Source: an uncultured Chloroflexia bacterium
GTDB lineage: Bacteria; Chloroflexota; Limnocylindria; Limnocylindrales; CSP1-4
Assembly: GCA_963828165.1 (NCBI GenBank)
Contig: CAWHDR010000001.1
Location: 928,001 to 992,000 of the forward strand
DNA: 64,000 nt
Reading direction: 5' to 3'
The notes beneath the pieces were generated by a model, which had not been told where the DNA came from, made no database searches, and saw only the letters and a list, made by a program, of their open reading frames with translations. This document shows positions 29,363-38,957 of this stretch, in pieces; the stretch's first letter is position 1; every line of letters begins with the position of its first letter. A program made the position numbers and the translations under genes.

Positions 29363-29887
29363 TCAGACGGTCTTGAGCGCCTCGAACGGTTGCCGGCACG
29401 CACGGCAATAGAACAGCGAGCGGCACTGCGTCGGCCCGAACGCGCTGTCCATCACGACCTGGCCCGAAGCACAGAACGGACAGCGCACGTCGGCGTGCTC
29501 GGACGGCGGGGCGATGCCCACGGACGCGAGCGCGCGCTTGCCCGACGCCGAGATCCGGTCGGACGTCCAGGGCACCTCGAACGTCGTGTCGACCGCGACT
29601 GGCAGTCCGAAGGTGGCAAGGCGGTCCGAGATCGAACCACGGATGACGTCCAGCGCCGGGCAACCGACGAAGGTCGGCAGGATCACGACCCGGATGCCCT
29701 GGGCATCGACTTCGACGCGGTGCACGATCCCGAGATCGACCACGGACAGGACGGGCAGCTCGGGATCCGGGACCTCGTCTAGGGCCGCACGCACGTCCGC
29801 GACCGTGGGCAGTGACGTCGCAGGGTGCACCTCGGCCCGAGCACGGGCCCGGGCGACCGAGACGTGGGTTCCGAGCTCGCTCACCAC
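29363..29887 (-). CDS. paaD: Phenylacetyl-CoA epoxidase subunit D
   Basis: VPDPELPVLSVVDLG, PTFVGCPA, CPFC, FGPTQCRSLFYCRACRQPFE. Confidence 0.92.
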   Translation of the reverse strand: MVSELGTHVSVARARARAEVHPATSLPTVADVRAALDEVPDPELPVLSVVDLGIVHRVEVDAQGIRVVILPTFVGCPALDVIRGSISDRLATFGLPVAVDTTFEVPWTSDRISASGKRALASVGIAPPSEHADVRCPFCASGQVVMDSAFGPTQCRSLFYCRACRQPFEALKTV

Positions 29888-30675
29888 GTGGCTCCCGGGT
29901 CGCTCCGCCGGACGGCGGTGAACTCGCCGTGCAGCCAGCTGAAGGGCTCGCCGTGGTCGCTGCGGCCGCGGGCGGGGTCACGCGTCTCGGGCAGTGCCGG
30001 CAGACCGAGCCGTTCAAGCGTGGGCGCCACGCCGGCACGCCAGTGGCCCTCGAGCTCTGCCATCGGTCGACCCAGGATCCCGGCCTCGAGGAGTGCCGGT
30101 TCGCCGGGGAGTGGCGTGAACACCGTCCCGGAATCCGGTCCCAGCGTCTCGAGCGCAGCGATGAGGCGGTCGCGCGGCTCCCCGGCCGTGGTCGCGAGGC
30201 GGTCCAGCCACAGGTCGACATGCATGAGGTGGTATCGCTCCTCGCGCACGAGCTTGCCGACGAGTTCCGCGAGGGGCCGCCACGAGGCGGCGACGAGCGC
30301 CGCGAGACGAACGGAGTCCGCGGTTTCGTACAGATAGCGCCGGGCGATGGTCATCGCCCAGTCCCCACGGCCATGATCCAGGAGCCGCGCATGCCGGTAT
30401 GCGGAGGGCTCGCGGTCGTAGGCGAGCGAGTCCGCGTCGCCGCTGCCCGTGACCGTGGCCAGCAATTGGAACAGCGCCTGCGCGTGACCCAGCTCGTCCT
30501 GGGCCAGCGAGCTCATCGCGATGTCCTCCTCGAGCTGCGGGGCGATCCCCGTCCACTCCGAATCGGAGAATCCGATGACGAACTCGTCGTCCGCCATCGA
30601 GCGCAGCAGCTCTTCGAGGCCGTCGACCGCCGGAGCGGGGTCAATCGGCGCGGTCAAGCCGGTCGCCGCGCTCAT
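29881..30675 (-). CDS. paaC: Phenylacetyl-CoA epoxidase subunit C
   Basis: ADDEFVIG, APQLEEDIA, QDELGHA, REERYH. Confidence 0.92.
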   Translation of the reverse strand: MSAATGLTAPIDPAPAVDGLEELLRSMADDEFVIGFSDSEWTGIAPQLEEDIAMSSLAQDELGHAQALFQLLATVTGSGDADSLAYDREPSAYRHARLLDHGRGDWAMTIARRYLYETADSVRLAALVAASWRPLAELVGKLVREERYHLMHVDLWLDRLATTAGEPRDRLIAALETLGPDSGTVFTPLPGEPALLEAGILGRPMAELEGHWRAGVAPTLERLGLPALPETRDPARGRSDHGEPFSWLHGEFTAVRRSDPGATW

Positions 30676-31016
30676 GTGGCCCGTGCCTTCGGCTTCTGCT
30701 GACCCGCGGCCGAGCGGGCCGCCGCAAGCTTGTCCCGCATGACGTAGCCACCGGGCTTCTTGAAGGAGCGGTCGAGCGGCGGCTGGAGCAGGTCCGGGTC
30801 GTGCAGGTCGACGACATCGGCGCGGCGGACGATCCACAGGCGGACGCTCTCCTGGCGGCGGCCGAACAGCTCGCGGGCGTAGTGCATGGCGAGCTCGGCG
30901 TCCGGCGCCATGACGCTCCCGCCATGGCGCATCGGGTCGCCGTCCTTCTCCTGGCGGAACACCTCCCAGGGCTCGAGCGCCCCCGGCACGGGCGGCGTCG
31001 CGCGGCGCGCCGTCAT
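30672..31016 (-). CDS. paaB: Phenylacetyl-CoA epoxidase subunit B
   Basis: WEVFRQ...HGGSVMAPDAELA...ARELFGRRQE..LWIV. Confidence 0.9.
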   Translation of the reverse strand: MTARRATPPVPGALEPWEVFRQEKDGDPMRHGGSVMAPDAELAMHYARELFGRRQESVRLWIVRRADVVDLHDPDLLQPPLDRSFKKPGGYVMRDKLAAARSAAGQQKPKARAT

Positions 31017-32023
31017 GCTGCCTGCGGCGCGGCCAGGATCGTCTCGCGGACCCAGGCCGTCTCCTTCCGAGCCAGCCGCCGGAATTCCAGCCGCTCCTCG
31101 GACATCGGGCCGTGGTTCGTGACGACCGTGCGCAGCTCGTCCCAGTCGGGCTCCGTGTATCGCCACTCTCCGGCGTCCTCGTCGAAGCGCAACTCCGGGT
31201 CGGGGATCACGAGGCCGAGCTCGCGGATGCGCGGGACATAGATCGTCAGGAACTCCTGGCGCAGCTCCTCGGAGGTCTTCGCCTTGATCCGCCAGCGGAG
31301 GTCCTTGTCCTTCTCACGCGGAGAGCGCGGGCCGTGCATCTGCATCAGCGGTCCCCACCAGCGGTCGAGGGCCTCCTGGATCGCGGTGCGCTGGGCCGGC
31401 GACCCGGTCACCATGGTCACGACGACGTCGCGCCCATGCATGATGTGGACCGACTCCTCCCAGCAGATCTTGCGCATCGTCCGGGCGTACGGCGCGTACG
31501 ACGAGTTGCGGAGCGCCTGCTGCGCGACGATCGCCGCCGCATCCACGAGCCAGGCGATCATCCCGACATCGGCCCACGACCGAGTCGGGTAGTGGAACAC
31601 GTTATGGAACTTGGTCTTGCCGGCAAGCAGGTCGTCGAACATGGCCTCGCGCGGCTTGCCGAGGTCCTCCGCGACGCGGTACAGGAGCTGGGCGTGACCC
31701 ACCTCGTCCTGGATCTTGGCCGTCAGCGCGAGCTTCCGGCGAAGGGTTGGCGCCCGCATGATCCAGTCGCGCTCGGGGAGGACACCCATGAGCTCGGAGT
31801 TGGCGTGCATCTCGACGAAGCGCAGGACCGCGGTCCGGTACTCGTCGGGCATCGAATCGGTCGATTCCACGGTCCCGCCGGCGGCAAGGTGCGCTTCGAA
31901 GCGCTCGAACCAGGCGTCGTACGCCTCGTCATGGGCGCGCATGGGCGCTGGCGTGGACGGGGCGGCGTCCGTCGAACGGTCGCCGGGCGCGAGGACCGGA
32001 TCGAGGGCGAGCGGGTCGGTCAT
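31013..32023 (-). CDS. paaA: Phenylacetyl-CoA epoxidase subunit A
   Basis: HANSELMG, APTLRRK..AKIQDEVGH, ICWEESVH, ALDRWW. Confidence 0.93.
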   Translation of the reverse strand: MTDPLALDPVLAPGDRSTDAAPSTPAPMRAHDEAYDAWFERFEAHLAAGGTVESTDSMPDEYRTAVLRFVEMHANSELMGVLPERDWIMRAPTLRRKLALTAKIQDEVGHAQLLYRVAEDLGKPREAMFDDLLAGKTKFHNVFHYPTRSWADVGMIAWLVDAAAIVAQQALRNSSYAPYARTMRKICWEESVHIMHGRDVVVTMVTGSPAQRTAIQEALDRWWGPLMQMHGPRSPREKDKDLRWRIKAKTSEELRQEFLTIYVPRIRELGLVIPDPELRFDEDAGEWRYTEPDWDELRTVVTNHGPMSEERLEFRRLARKETAWVRETILAAPQAA

Positions 32024-32619
32024 GACGATTCGTCCGGCACGGCGCCCGACACGGCGCGGATCGACAGCTCGACGTAGGCATCGGTCACGGAGCCCGGGCC
32101 GAGCCGACCGTCGGGCCGATACCAGGCGACGAGGCCGTTGAGCGCGGTCAGGAGATAGGCGGCGGCGACCGTCGGGTCGATGGGCGCGAAGGTGCCAGCG
32201 TCGATGCCCTCGCGGATGACGTCGCGGAACCCCTGTTCGTAGTCGTCGCGGCGGGTCAGCGTGTTGGCGCGGCGCTCCGGGCTCAGCGAACGCCACTCGT
32301 GGATGAACACGCTGGCACGCCCGATGTCCTCGACCACCACCCCGACATGGGCGCGGGCGAGCGCCCGGAGCCTGGCCATCGGGTCCGCGTCACGCAGGCC
32401 GGACAACGCCTCATCCGCCGCGGCTTCGAACTGCGAGGCGGTGCGGTCCACGATCGACCAGAGCACGTCCTGCTTGGAGGCGACGTGCGCGTACAGGCTG
32501 GCCCCCTGGATGTCCAGCGCACGGGCGATATCGCGCACGCTCGTCCCGGAATAGCCATGCTCGCGGAAGAGTTCGCTGGCGACGTCCTCGATCTCGCGAC
32601 GTCGCGTGGTCTCGACCAT
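32020..32619 (-). CDS. paaR: TetR family regulator (PaaR-like)
   Basis: FREHGYSGTSVRDIA...ASLYAHVASK HTH; directly upstream of paaA. Confidence 0.8.
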   Translation of the reverse strand: MVETTRRREIEDVASELFREHGYSGTSVRDIARALDIQGASLYAHVASKQDVLWSIVDRTASQFEAAADEALSGLRDADPMARLRALARAHVGVVVEDIGRASVFIHEWRSLSPERRANTLTRRDDYEQGFRDVIREGIDAGTFAPIDPTVAAAYLLTALNGLVAWYRPDGRLGPGSVTDAYVELSIRAVSGAVPDESS

Positions 32620-32637
32620 GGAGATTGGGCCCCCAAC

Positions 32638-32651
32638 CTAACGTTCGTTAG
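32638..32651. promoter_or_regulatory. PaaR operator
   Basis: CTAACGTTCGTTAG fits the Thermus PaaR consensus CNAACGNNCGTTNG as I recall it; about 20 bp upstream of the TetR start. Confidence 0.8.
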
Positions 32652-32694
32652 GCGCCAGCCTACGTCACGGCGGGCGTGTGGGCAAGCGGCGCGT

Positions 32695-33474
32695 CTACTC
32701 CCCCGTGAAGCGTGGCGCCCGCTTCTCGCGGAATGCGGCGAGGCCCTCCGCGTGGTCGGCTGTCGCGCCGGCGATCCCCTGCAGCTTCGCTTCGCCTTCG
32801 AGCGCCTCGTCGAGGTCGGTCGTCGCCGCGCGCTCGAGTGCGCCCTTCGTCAGGGCGACGGCCAGCGGCGCACCCGCCGCCACACGGTCCGCGAGGGTCC
32901 GAGCCTCGGCCATCAGGTCGTCGGGCGGGACGACCCGTGCCACCAGCCCGATGCGGAGCGCCTCCTCGGCGGAGATCGGGTCGCCGACGAAGGCCATCTC
33001 GGCGGCCCGTGCCGCTCCGACGAGTCGCGGCAGCAACCACGTCGCGCCGCTGTCCGGGATCAGCCCGATGCGCCCGAACGCCAGCACGAAGCGCGCGTCC
33101 GCGGCGGCGATTCGCAGGTCGCACGCGAAGGCGAGCGAGGCGCCCGCTCCCGCCGCCACGCCATTGACGGCCGCGATGACCGGCTGGCCCATGGATCGCA
33201 AGGCCCTGATGATCGGGTTGTACCGCTCGCGAACCTCCTCGTCGAGCGGGGCGGCATCGGGTCGCTCGCGCTCGGCGAGATCCTGCCCGGCGCAGAAGGC
33301 ACGACCGGCCCCGGTCAGGATGACGGCCCGGACGGCTCGCTCGGTGGCGATCCGCTCGAGCGCCTCGCGCAGGGCGAGCTTCATCGGGATCGTCAGGGCG
33401 TTGAGCGCCTCCGGGCGGTCGAGGGTGAGCGTCGCGACCGGCCCGTCGACCTCGACGCGCAGGCCCTCGGTCAC
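32695..33474 (-). CDS. paaG: Enoyl-CoA isomerase/hydratase (ring-1,2-epoxyphenylacetyl-CoA isomerase)
   Basis: FCAGQDL, AAGAGASLAFACD, GLIPDSGATW. Confidence 0.82.
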   Translation of the reverse strand: MTEGLRVEVDGPVATLTLDRPEALNALTIPMKLALREALERIATERAVRAVILTGAGRAFCAGQDLAERERPDAAPLDEEVRERYNPIIRALRSMGQPVIAAVNGVAAGAGASLAFACDLRIAAADARFVLAFGRIGLIPDSGATWLLPRLVGAARAAEMAFVGDPISAEEALRIGLVARVVPPDDLMAEARTLADRVAAGAPLAVALTKGALERAATTDLDEALEGEAKLQGIAGATADHAEGLAAFREKRAPRFTGE

Positions 33475-34265
33475 CCGCTGAACTCGACCAGCCGCCCGTC
33501 CACGATCTCGAATACCCGCCGGTCGATGGGCTCGTCCGCGCCACCCGACTGCTCGAGGATGAACTCCGCGAACATCCCCGCGAACCCCTGGTCGTCCGGC
33601 CGCAGACTTGCGGCCGTGAGGAGGTGACGCTCGGGGATGCCGACGAGCACGCGCGCCCCATTCCCACCCAGCTCCTTGGCGAGATGGGCGATGACGTCAG
33701 GCAGGAGGATCCGGACCGCATCCATGCCGTCGCCGGTGTCGGAGCTGATCAGGTGCCGTTCACCCGAGACCTCGTCGGTCCACGGCGCGGTCGCCGCCCA
33801 GGCCGCGAGGTTGCGCAGGGCCGCGTCCTGCAGCTCGACGGCCTCGATACCCCACGACAGCAGGTGATCGCCGTTCACCATGATGTCGAAGCCACCCGCG
33901 GGGATGGCGTACACCACGGGCAGCCCTGCCGGGCCGGCGTCGAGGACCGGCTGGGCATGGCTCTGCATCGCGTGCTGGGCCAGCGTGTCGCGCTGGACGT
34001 CCTCGATCGCGAGGCCCTGCGTCCCGACCGGCCGGAACGCGGGCCGGATGACGTCACGCGCCAGTGCCCAGTCGTGCTCGGGCGAATCGACCACCGACGA
34101 GGAGGACTGGGGCCGTGGCACGTGCCCGCTGACGGGCGCTGTGTCGTCGATCGGAGAGAGGATGTCAGGCGGACTGTCGCGGAGTGACGATGGCGGCTCG
34201 TCGCCGAGGTCTCTGGCCAGGTCGCGCCCGACGTCGCTCCCGCCTTCGTACGGGTCACGCTCCAT
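33471..34265 (-). CDS. Hypothetical protein, DUF1444/YtpQ-like
   Basis: VVYAI...LLSWGI...ALRNL...GDGMDAVRILLP...GIPERHLL pattern. Confidence 0.6.
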   Translation of the reverse strand: MERDPYEGGSDVGRDLARDLGDEPPSSLRDSPPDILSPIDDTAPVSGHVPRPQSSSSVVDSPEHDWALARDVIRPAFRPVGTQGLAIEDVQRDTLAQHAMQSHAQPVLDAGPAGLPVVYAIPAGGFDIMVNGDHLLSWGIEAVELQDAALRNLAAWAATAPWTDEVSGERHLISSDTGDGMDAVRILLPDVIAHLAKELGGNGARVLVGIPERHLLTAASLRPDDQGFAGMFAEFILEQSGGADEPIDRRVFEIVDGRLVEFSG

Positions 34266-34283
34266 CCGTTCCTCCTCGTGTGG

Positions 34284-35087
34284 TCATCGGCCGGTCCAGG
34301 TCGGCGAGCGCTTCTCCATGAACGCACGCATCCCTTCGCGTTGGTCCTCGGTGGCAAAGAGCTCGAAGAAGGCCGCCCGCTCGGCACGCAGGCCGGCGCT
34401 GAGCGACAGGTCCGCGGCGGCGAGCACGGAACGTTTGGCGGCACGGACCGCGAGTGGCGGCATGCCGGCGATCGTGTCGGCCAGGTCCAGGGCCGCCTCG
34501 ACAGTCTGGGCGCTCGGGACGACCTTCGTGACGAGCCCGGCCGCCTTGGCCTCCTCGGCCGGCATCGCCCGCCCGGTCAGGATGAGCTCCATGGCCAGCG
34601 CCGCGCCGACTGCCCTGGTCAGACGCTGCGTGCCCCCGGCCCCTGGCATGACCCCGATACGGATCTCCGGCTGGCCGAACTGAGCGTCGTCGCCCGCAAC
34701 GATGAGGTCGCAGGTCATGGCCAGCTCGCAGCCGCCACCCAGGGCGAAGCCGCGGACGGCGGCGATCAGCGGCAGGCCGATCGAGCCGATACGGTCCCAA
34801 GCGGAGAAGTTGCCCTCGGCGTGCAGCCGCTCCGGAGTCTGGTCCGCGAGCTCCATGATGTCGGCACCGGCCGCGAACGCGCGGTCCCCGGCACCGGTCA
34901 GGACGACGACCCGGATGCGATCGTCGAGATCGAGCGCCTCGAGCTGGGCGGCCAGCTCGGCCAGGAGCGCGAAGCTGAGCGCGTTGTGCGCCTCGGGCCG
35001 ATCGATCGTGACGAGCGCGACGCCGTCATGCCCGGGGACGGGGGCATCGACACGGATCAAGCGGGTGGTCGGCTCGACGTCGGTCAC
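34284..35087 (-). CDS. paaF: Enoyl-CoA hydratase
   Basis: FAAGADI, ALGGGCEL, FGQPEI, PGAGGTQRL. Confidence 0.82.
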   Translation of the reverse strand: MTDVEPTTRLIRVDAPVPGHDGVALVTIDRPEAHNALSFALLAELAAQLEALDLDDRIRVVVLTGAGDRAFAAGADIMELADQTPERLHAEGNFSAWDRIGSIGLPLIAAVRGFALGGGCELAMTCDLIVAGDDAQFGQPEIRIGVMPGAGGTQRLTRAVGAALAMELILTGRAMPAEEAKAAGLVTKVVPSAQTVEAALDLADTIAGMPPLAVRAAKRSVLAAADLSLSAGLRAERAAFFELFATEDQREGMRAFMEKRSPTWTGR

Positions 35088-35175
35088 GGGCTCCTCGCTG
35101 GTCGTCCCGTCAAGTATCCATGTTCCGGGAAGTGCGACGCGGGGTTTCCGGTCGATGCCACGGTGTCAACCAGCG

Positions 35176-35628
35176 CTATTCGCGGGCGCGAAGGGCGGCC
35201 TCGATCTCGTCGAGGTGCTCACCACGGTGCTCGCCGCGGGCCGGGCTGATCGGGCTGTCCGGATCGCCCGGCCAGAGCCGATCCAGGGGCAGCCGAGCAG
35301 CGAGGGCGTCCGTCTCCTCCGCGGTCTGCAGGGCGAACCGCGCGGCCGTGCGCGGCTCGATCTGGTGGATCAGGGGGCGGGTCGAGTCGTTCAGCCAGTC
35401 ACCATCGGGCTCGTCATCACCTGACACCCACGGCTCGCCTCGATCGATCTTCGCCGCAAGCGTCTGGAAGCGGATATCCCAGTAGGCGAGGTGACCGAGC
35501 ACTCCCGCTACCGTCCAGAATTCGTTCACGGGCGCCGTAAGCGCGTCGTCGTCCAGCCCCTCGATGAGCGCGCGCAGTCGCGCTCGCTGACGCGCGTTGG
35601 CTTCGATGTACGGCCGATCTTCGCTCAT
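35176..35628 (-). CDS. DinB/MDMPI N-terminal-like protein
   Basis: WTVAGVLGHLAYWD, HRGEHLDEI. Confidence 0.8.
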   Translation of the reverse strand: MSEDRPYIEANARQRARLRALIEGLDDDALTAPVNEFWTVAGVLGHLAYWDIRFQTLAAKIDRGEPWVSGDDEPDGDWLNDSTRPLIHQIEPRTAARFALQTAEETDALAARLPLDRLWPGDPDSPISPARGEHRGEHLDEIEAALRARE

Positions 35629-35695
35629 GGTCTGACCATACAGCCCGCGCGCGGGGCGCGCCCAAGCTCGGGCGAGGCTGCTTCACACTGGGCGA

Positions 35696-37075
35696 ATGAC
35701 CCGGCGTCGCGTCCTGAGCGCGCTCCAGTTCTTTCCGCGCGGCGGGTCGTCGCATGTCGCCCGCGCACTCGCGCGGGAGCTTCCGGCGCATGGCTGGGAC
35801 GTCACGATCCTGTCCGGCTCGCGGCGGGACCTCGAGGGTGTCGGCGACGCGGCGCGCTTCTACGCGGGCCTCGACGTGTATCCGGTGTCATTCGACGAGG
35901 CGCTCGCTTCGCCCGACCCACTGGCTCCGCCCCCGGGTGTTGCGCCGATCCAGCCGTCGTACGAGGATCGCCCCGGCGCTCCGGACCGGGTGTTCGCCAT
36001 GCTCGACGACCATGCCTACGAGCGGCAAGTACGCGCTTGGGCGAGCGTCCTGACCACCGCCGGCGCCGCCCGATTCGACGCGCTGCACCTGCACCATCTG
36101 ACGCCGATCCACGAGGCGGCAGCGCGAGTCGCTCCAGCGGTCCCGATCGTCGGACATCTGCACGGCACCGAGCTGCTGATGCTCGAGGCGATCGCAGCCG
36201 GCCCGCCGCTCAGCTGGACGCACGCCGAGGCGTGGGTCGAGCGAATGCGCCGCTGGGCGCACGGTTGCGAGCGACTCGTGCTGGTCTCCCCATCGGAGAT
36301 CCCACGCGTTGAGCGGTTGCTCAGCCTGGGTACGGACCGGCTGGTGGTGCTGCCGAATGGGTTCGACCCGCGCGTCTTCGCGCGGCGCGATGTCGATCGC
36401 GCGTCGCTCTACCGCGATGCGCTCGTCGAAGCGCCGCGCGGCTGGTCTGCCGGCCAGGAAGCCGGCAGCGTCCGCTACCTGCCCGAGGACGTTTCGACCC
36501 TCGCTGACGGGGTGGTGGTGCTCACGGTCAGCCGCTTCACCGGGGTAAAGCGGCTCCCGCTACTCATCGAGGCATTCGCCCTGGCCCGCGATCGCGCGCG
36601 GACGCCCACCGGGCTGGTGATCGTCGGTGGCCACCCGGGCGAGTGGGAGGGAGAGCACCCTGCCGATACGATCGCCCGACTCGGAGTGCGCGGCGTCTTC
36701 CTGGCCGGCTGGCGCGACCACGCTGAGGTCTCCGAATTCCTGTCGGCCGCGGACCTGTTCGCCCTGGCCTCAGTTCGCGAACAGTTCGGCCTCGTGCTCG
36801 TCGAAGCGATGGCGTGCGAGATGGCGGTGATTGCCGTCGACCGCTTCGGGCCTGGCGAGATCATCGACGACGGCGAAACCGGCTGGCTGGTGGAGCCCGA
36901 CGATGTCGGGGGCCTCGCCGGGGCGCTGCTCCACGCAGTCGACGACCCCGCTGAGCGGGCGCGCCGCGGCGCCCATGCGCGCGCCGTCGCCATCGAGCGC
37001 TACGGCTGGCCAAAACTCGCCGAGCGCCTGGCCGGCGTGTTGGATGCCTCCGTGGTCGGGCCACCAAGGCGATAA
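35696..37075 (+). CDS. GT4 family glycosyltransferase
   Basis: HLHGTE, PNGFD, EQFGLVLVEAMA, GETGWLV. Confidence 0.9.
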   Translation: MTRRRVLSALQFFPRGGSSHVARALARELPAHGWDVTILSGSRRDLEGVGDAARFYAGLDVYPVSFDEALASPDPLAPPPGVAPIQPSYEDRPGAPDRVFAMLDDHAYERQVRAWASVLTTAGAARFDALHLHHLTPIHEAAARVAPAVPIVGHLHGTELLMLEAIAAGPPLSWTHAEAWVERMRRWAHGCERLVLVSPSEIPRVERLLSLGTDRLVVLPNGFDPRVFARRDVDRASLYRDALVEAPRGWSAGQEAGSVRYLPEDVSTLADGVVVLTVSRFTGVKRLPLLIEAFALARDRARTPTGLVIVGGHPGEWEGEHPADTIARLGVRGVFLAGWRDHAEVSEFLSAADLFALASVREQFGLVLVEAMACEMAVIAVDRFGPGEIIDDGETGWLVEPDDVGGLAGALLHAVDDPAERARRGAHARAVAIERYGWPKLAERLAGVLDASVVGPPRR

Positions 37076-37241
37076 CCGCGCTTTCTTGCGCAGTTGTAGG
37101 CGGACGACCTCGCAATCCCATTGGTCACGACGCGAGGGGTCGCGGCTTCGTCCCGCTTGGCGCCCACCGGGGGCCGTACCCGGGCAGCCAGTCTGCGTCG
37201 GCCCGTCGCTCGGCGCCGGGCTCGCGGTGACGAGACACAGC

Positions 37242-37269
37242 TCCGTTTGCGTCCGCCAATGACACCTGA
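37242..37269 (+). repeat. Array site R1
   Basis: TCCGTTTGCGT-CCGCCA-ATGACACCTGA. Confidence 0.85.
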
Positions 37270-37339
37270 GACCGCTGCGCCTTCCCCGCGCATTCGTGCC
37301 TCGCTACGACTTAGTCGGCCCGCCGCCGTTCACCGCCTT

Positions 37340-37714
37340 CTAATTCCTGACCGTGTAGACGGTGTGATTGGCGATCCGATTCGCGAGGACGCGGTCGAGC
37401 ACGTCCGCTCGCGGCAGTTCTACGCGCTGATCGACGCTGTCGGAGCTCCAGGTGGCAGTCAACTCCAGCACGCCAGTCAGCTGGCTGAACAACGTCGATA
37501 GGTCGGCATGCAGGCTCGATCGATGCTCCTTGGGAAGCTTCCAACCGGATGGGCGATCCCATTCGCGGACCATCTCGCACCCGTGGAGAGACAACGTCGG
37601 CTCCTCGTCATCCCGGTCGATTTCCCAGTCGAGGGAGACGGGCGCGCGGTCCCAGCCGATGAGGTTCGCTCGATCCGACGGAGTCATCGGGCGCACGACG
37701 TAGACCATGCACAT
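37340..37714 (-). CDS. Cassette ORF 1, hypothetical
   Basis: 124 aa; TACCCT 6 nt before ATG. Confidence 0.65.
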   Translation of the reverse strand: MCMVYVVRPMTPSDRANLIGWDRAPVSLDWEIDRDDEEPTLSLHGCEMVREWDRPSGWKLPKEHRSSLHADLSTLFSQLTGVLELTATWSSDSVDQRVELPRADVLDRVLANRIANHTVYTVRN

Positions 37715-37773
37715 GCCGCGAGGGTAGCAGTCGGCCCGCTGTTGGGCCCTCCCGTCGTCACAGCTCCCCGTGG

Positions 37774-37801
37774 TCGCAATGCGTCCGCCAATGACACTAG
37801 G
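37774..37801 (+). repeat. Array site R2
   Basis: TCGCAATGCGT-CCGCCA-ATGACACTAGG; contains the stop of ORF 2. Confidence 0.85.
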
Positions 37802-38402
37802 GCGATAAATCCTCGCACTGAGTCAGAGTCTTCCCCGGCTTCACGAATTGACAAAGCGCGTCGTAGGAATCGTCGGAGCCTTTGAGCACGAGATACTTCG
37901 GGTAGGCGCCGAGGTGGTCGCCCTCGCCTTCATTGGTTTCCATCAGCAGAGCCGTTCGAGCTGGCACGCCGGGGATCCGGTATACCGTCCTCTTCTCGCC
38001 TTCATAGGACGTCGTGCCAGATGCCTCGAGACCATTGGGCCAATCGAAGCTTCGACCAATGGACACCAGGTATGGGTCCCCATTGACGGTTGCCGTGGCG
38101 GCCTCGAGAACCTCTGTCACGACCACGTTGCCTGGAAGCTGAACGACGTCCACTCGCGCGCTGACATGCGACCGAGTAGGGTCGGCAACCGCGACGCTCG
38201 GGGCACCGGCCTCGGGGCGGTCTGCCGGCCGGGACAGGCCGAGGACGGCGACGGCGGCCACGACTCCGAGCGCCACTATCGGAACCCAGCGCGGAAGGAG
38301 CGGACCCGGCTCATCCTCGGACGTCGCGACGACGGCGAAGGTCTCGGGCAGCTGACGATGTCGGTCGACATCCGCGAAGACGGTCGCCTGTTGATCACGC
38401 AT
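37797..38402 (-). CDS. Cassette ORF 2, single-TM anchored hypothetical protein
   Basis: 201 aa; WVPIVALGVVAAVAVLGL; TAGCCT 8 nt before ATG. Confidence 0.65.
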   Translation of the reverse strand: MRDQQATVFADVDRHRQLPETFAVVATSEDEPGPLLPRWVPIVALGVVAAVAVLGLSRPADRPEAGAPSVAVADPTRSHVSARVDVVQLPGNVVVTEVLEAATATVNGDPYLVSIGRSFDWPNGLEASGTTSYEGEKRTVYRIPGVPARTALLMETNEGEGDHLGAYPKYLVLKGSDDSYDALCQFVKPGKTLTQCEDLSP

Positions 38403-38429
38403 GTGCTCTCAGGCTACTCGACCTTGGTG

Positions 38430-38457
38430 TGGCTTAGCGTCCGCCAAAGTCACCCGA
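38430..38457 (+). repeat. Array site R3
   Basis: TGGCTTAGCGT-CCGCCA-AAGTCACCCGA; contains the stop of ORF 3. Confidence 0.85.
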
Positions 38458-38833
38458 ATGGAGTAGCGCCAGGATCTGAGCCTGCGCGCATCGGCGAAAC
38501 GGGAAGCGAACTGGGGTCCGAAGCGTGAAGTCCATCCTCGGCAGAGAACATGACCAGTGCGACGACGAGGGCGTCACCGCTGGGCGATCGCAGCCGGAAT
38601 CCCTTTCGGTCATACGTCAGCGCCTTCAGAGCGTCCTCGCCCCCGATCGAGCGGACCTCGGCCGGTGAGACTTCGTCGATGGACTCGATGTCGAGCCCAT
38701 CCGGCATGTGAAGGAAGCTCACGCCCTTGAAGAGAACGTCGATCCGTGTCGGATTGTCGTTGTCCCGCTGGCTCCTCAGCAGCAGTTGGGCGTGAGTAAC
38801 CGCGTACTCCCATATGACGTAGCGGCGCGTCAC
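38450..38833 (-). CDS. Cassette ORF 3, hypothetical (start uncertain)
   Basis: WEYAVTHAQLLLRS...RIDVLFKGV motif. Confidence 0.65.
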   Translation of the reverse strand: MTRRYVIWEYAVTHAQLLLRSQRDNDNPTRIDVLFKGVSFLHMPDGLDIESIDEVSPAEVRSIGGEDALKALTYDRKGFRLRSPSGDALVVALVMFSAEDGLHASDPSSLPVSPMRAGSDPGATPFG

Positions 38834-38929
38834 CGCGCAAACGAAAACGGGGTGCCAAGGACCGCACCCCCGAGGACGAAGGTGACCCTCCCAAACGGCC
38901 GCATTGCGCGATGTTACAGGCCACCCCGG

Positions 38930-38957
38930 TCGCAAAGCGTTCGCGAATGTCACTCGA
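38930..38957 (+). repeat. Array site R4
   Basis: TCGCAAAGCGT-TCGCGA-ATGTCACTCGA; contains the stop of ORF 4. Confidence 0.85.
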
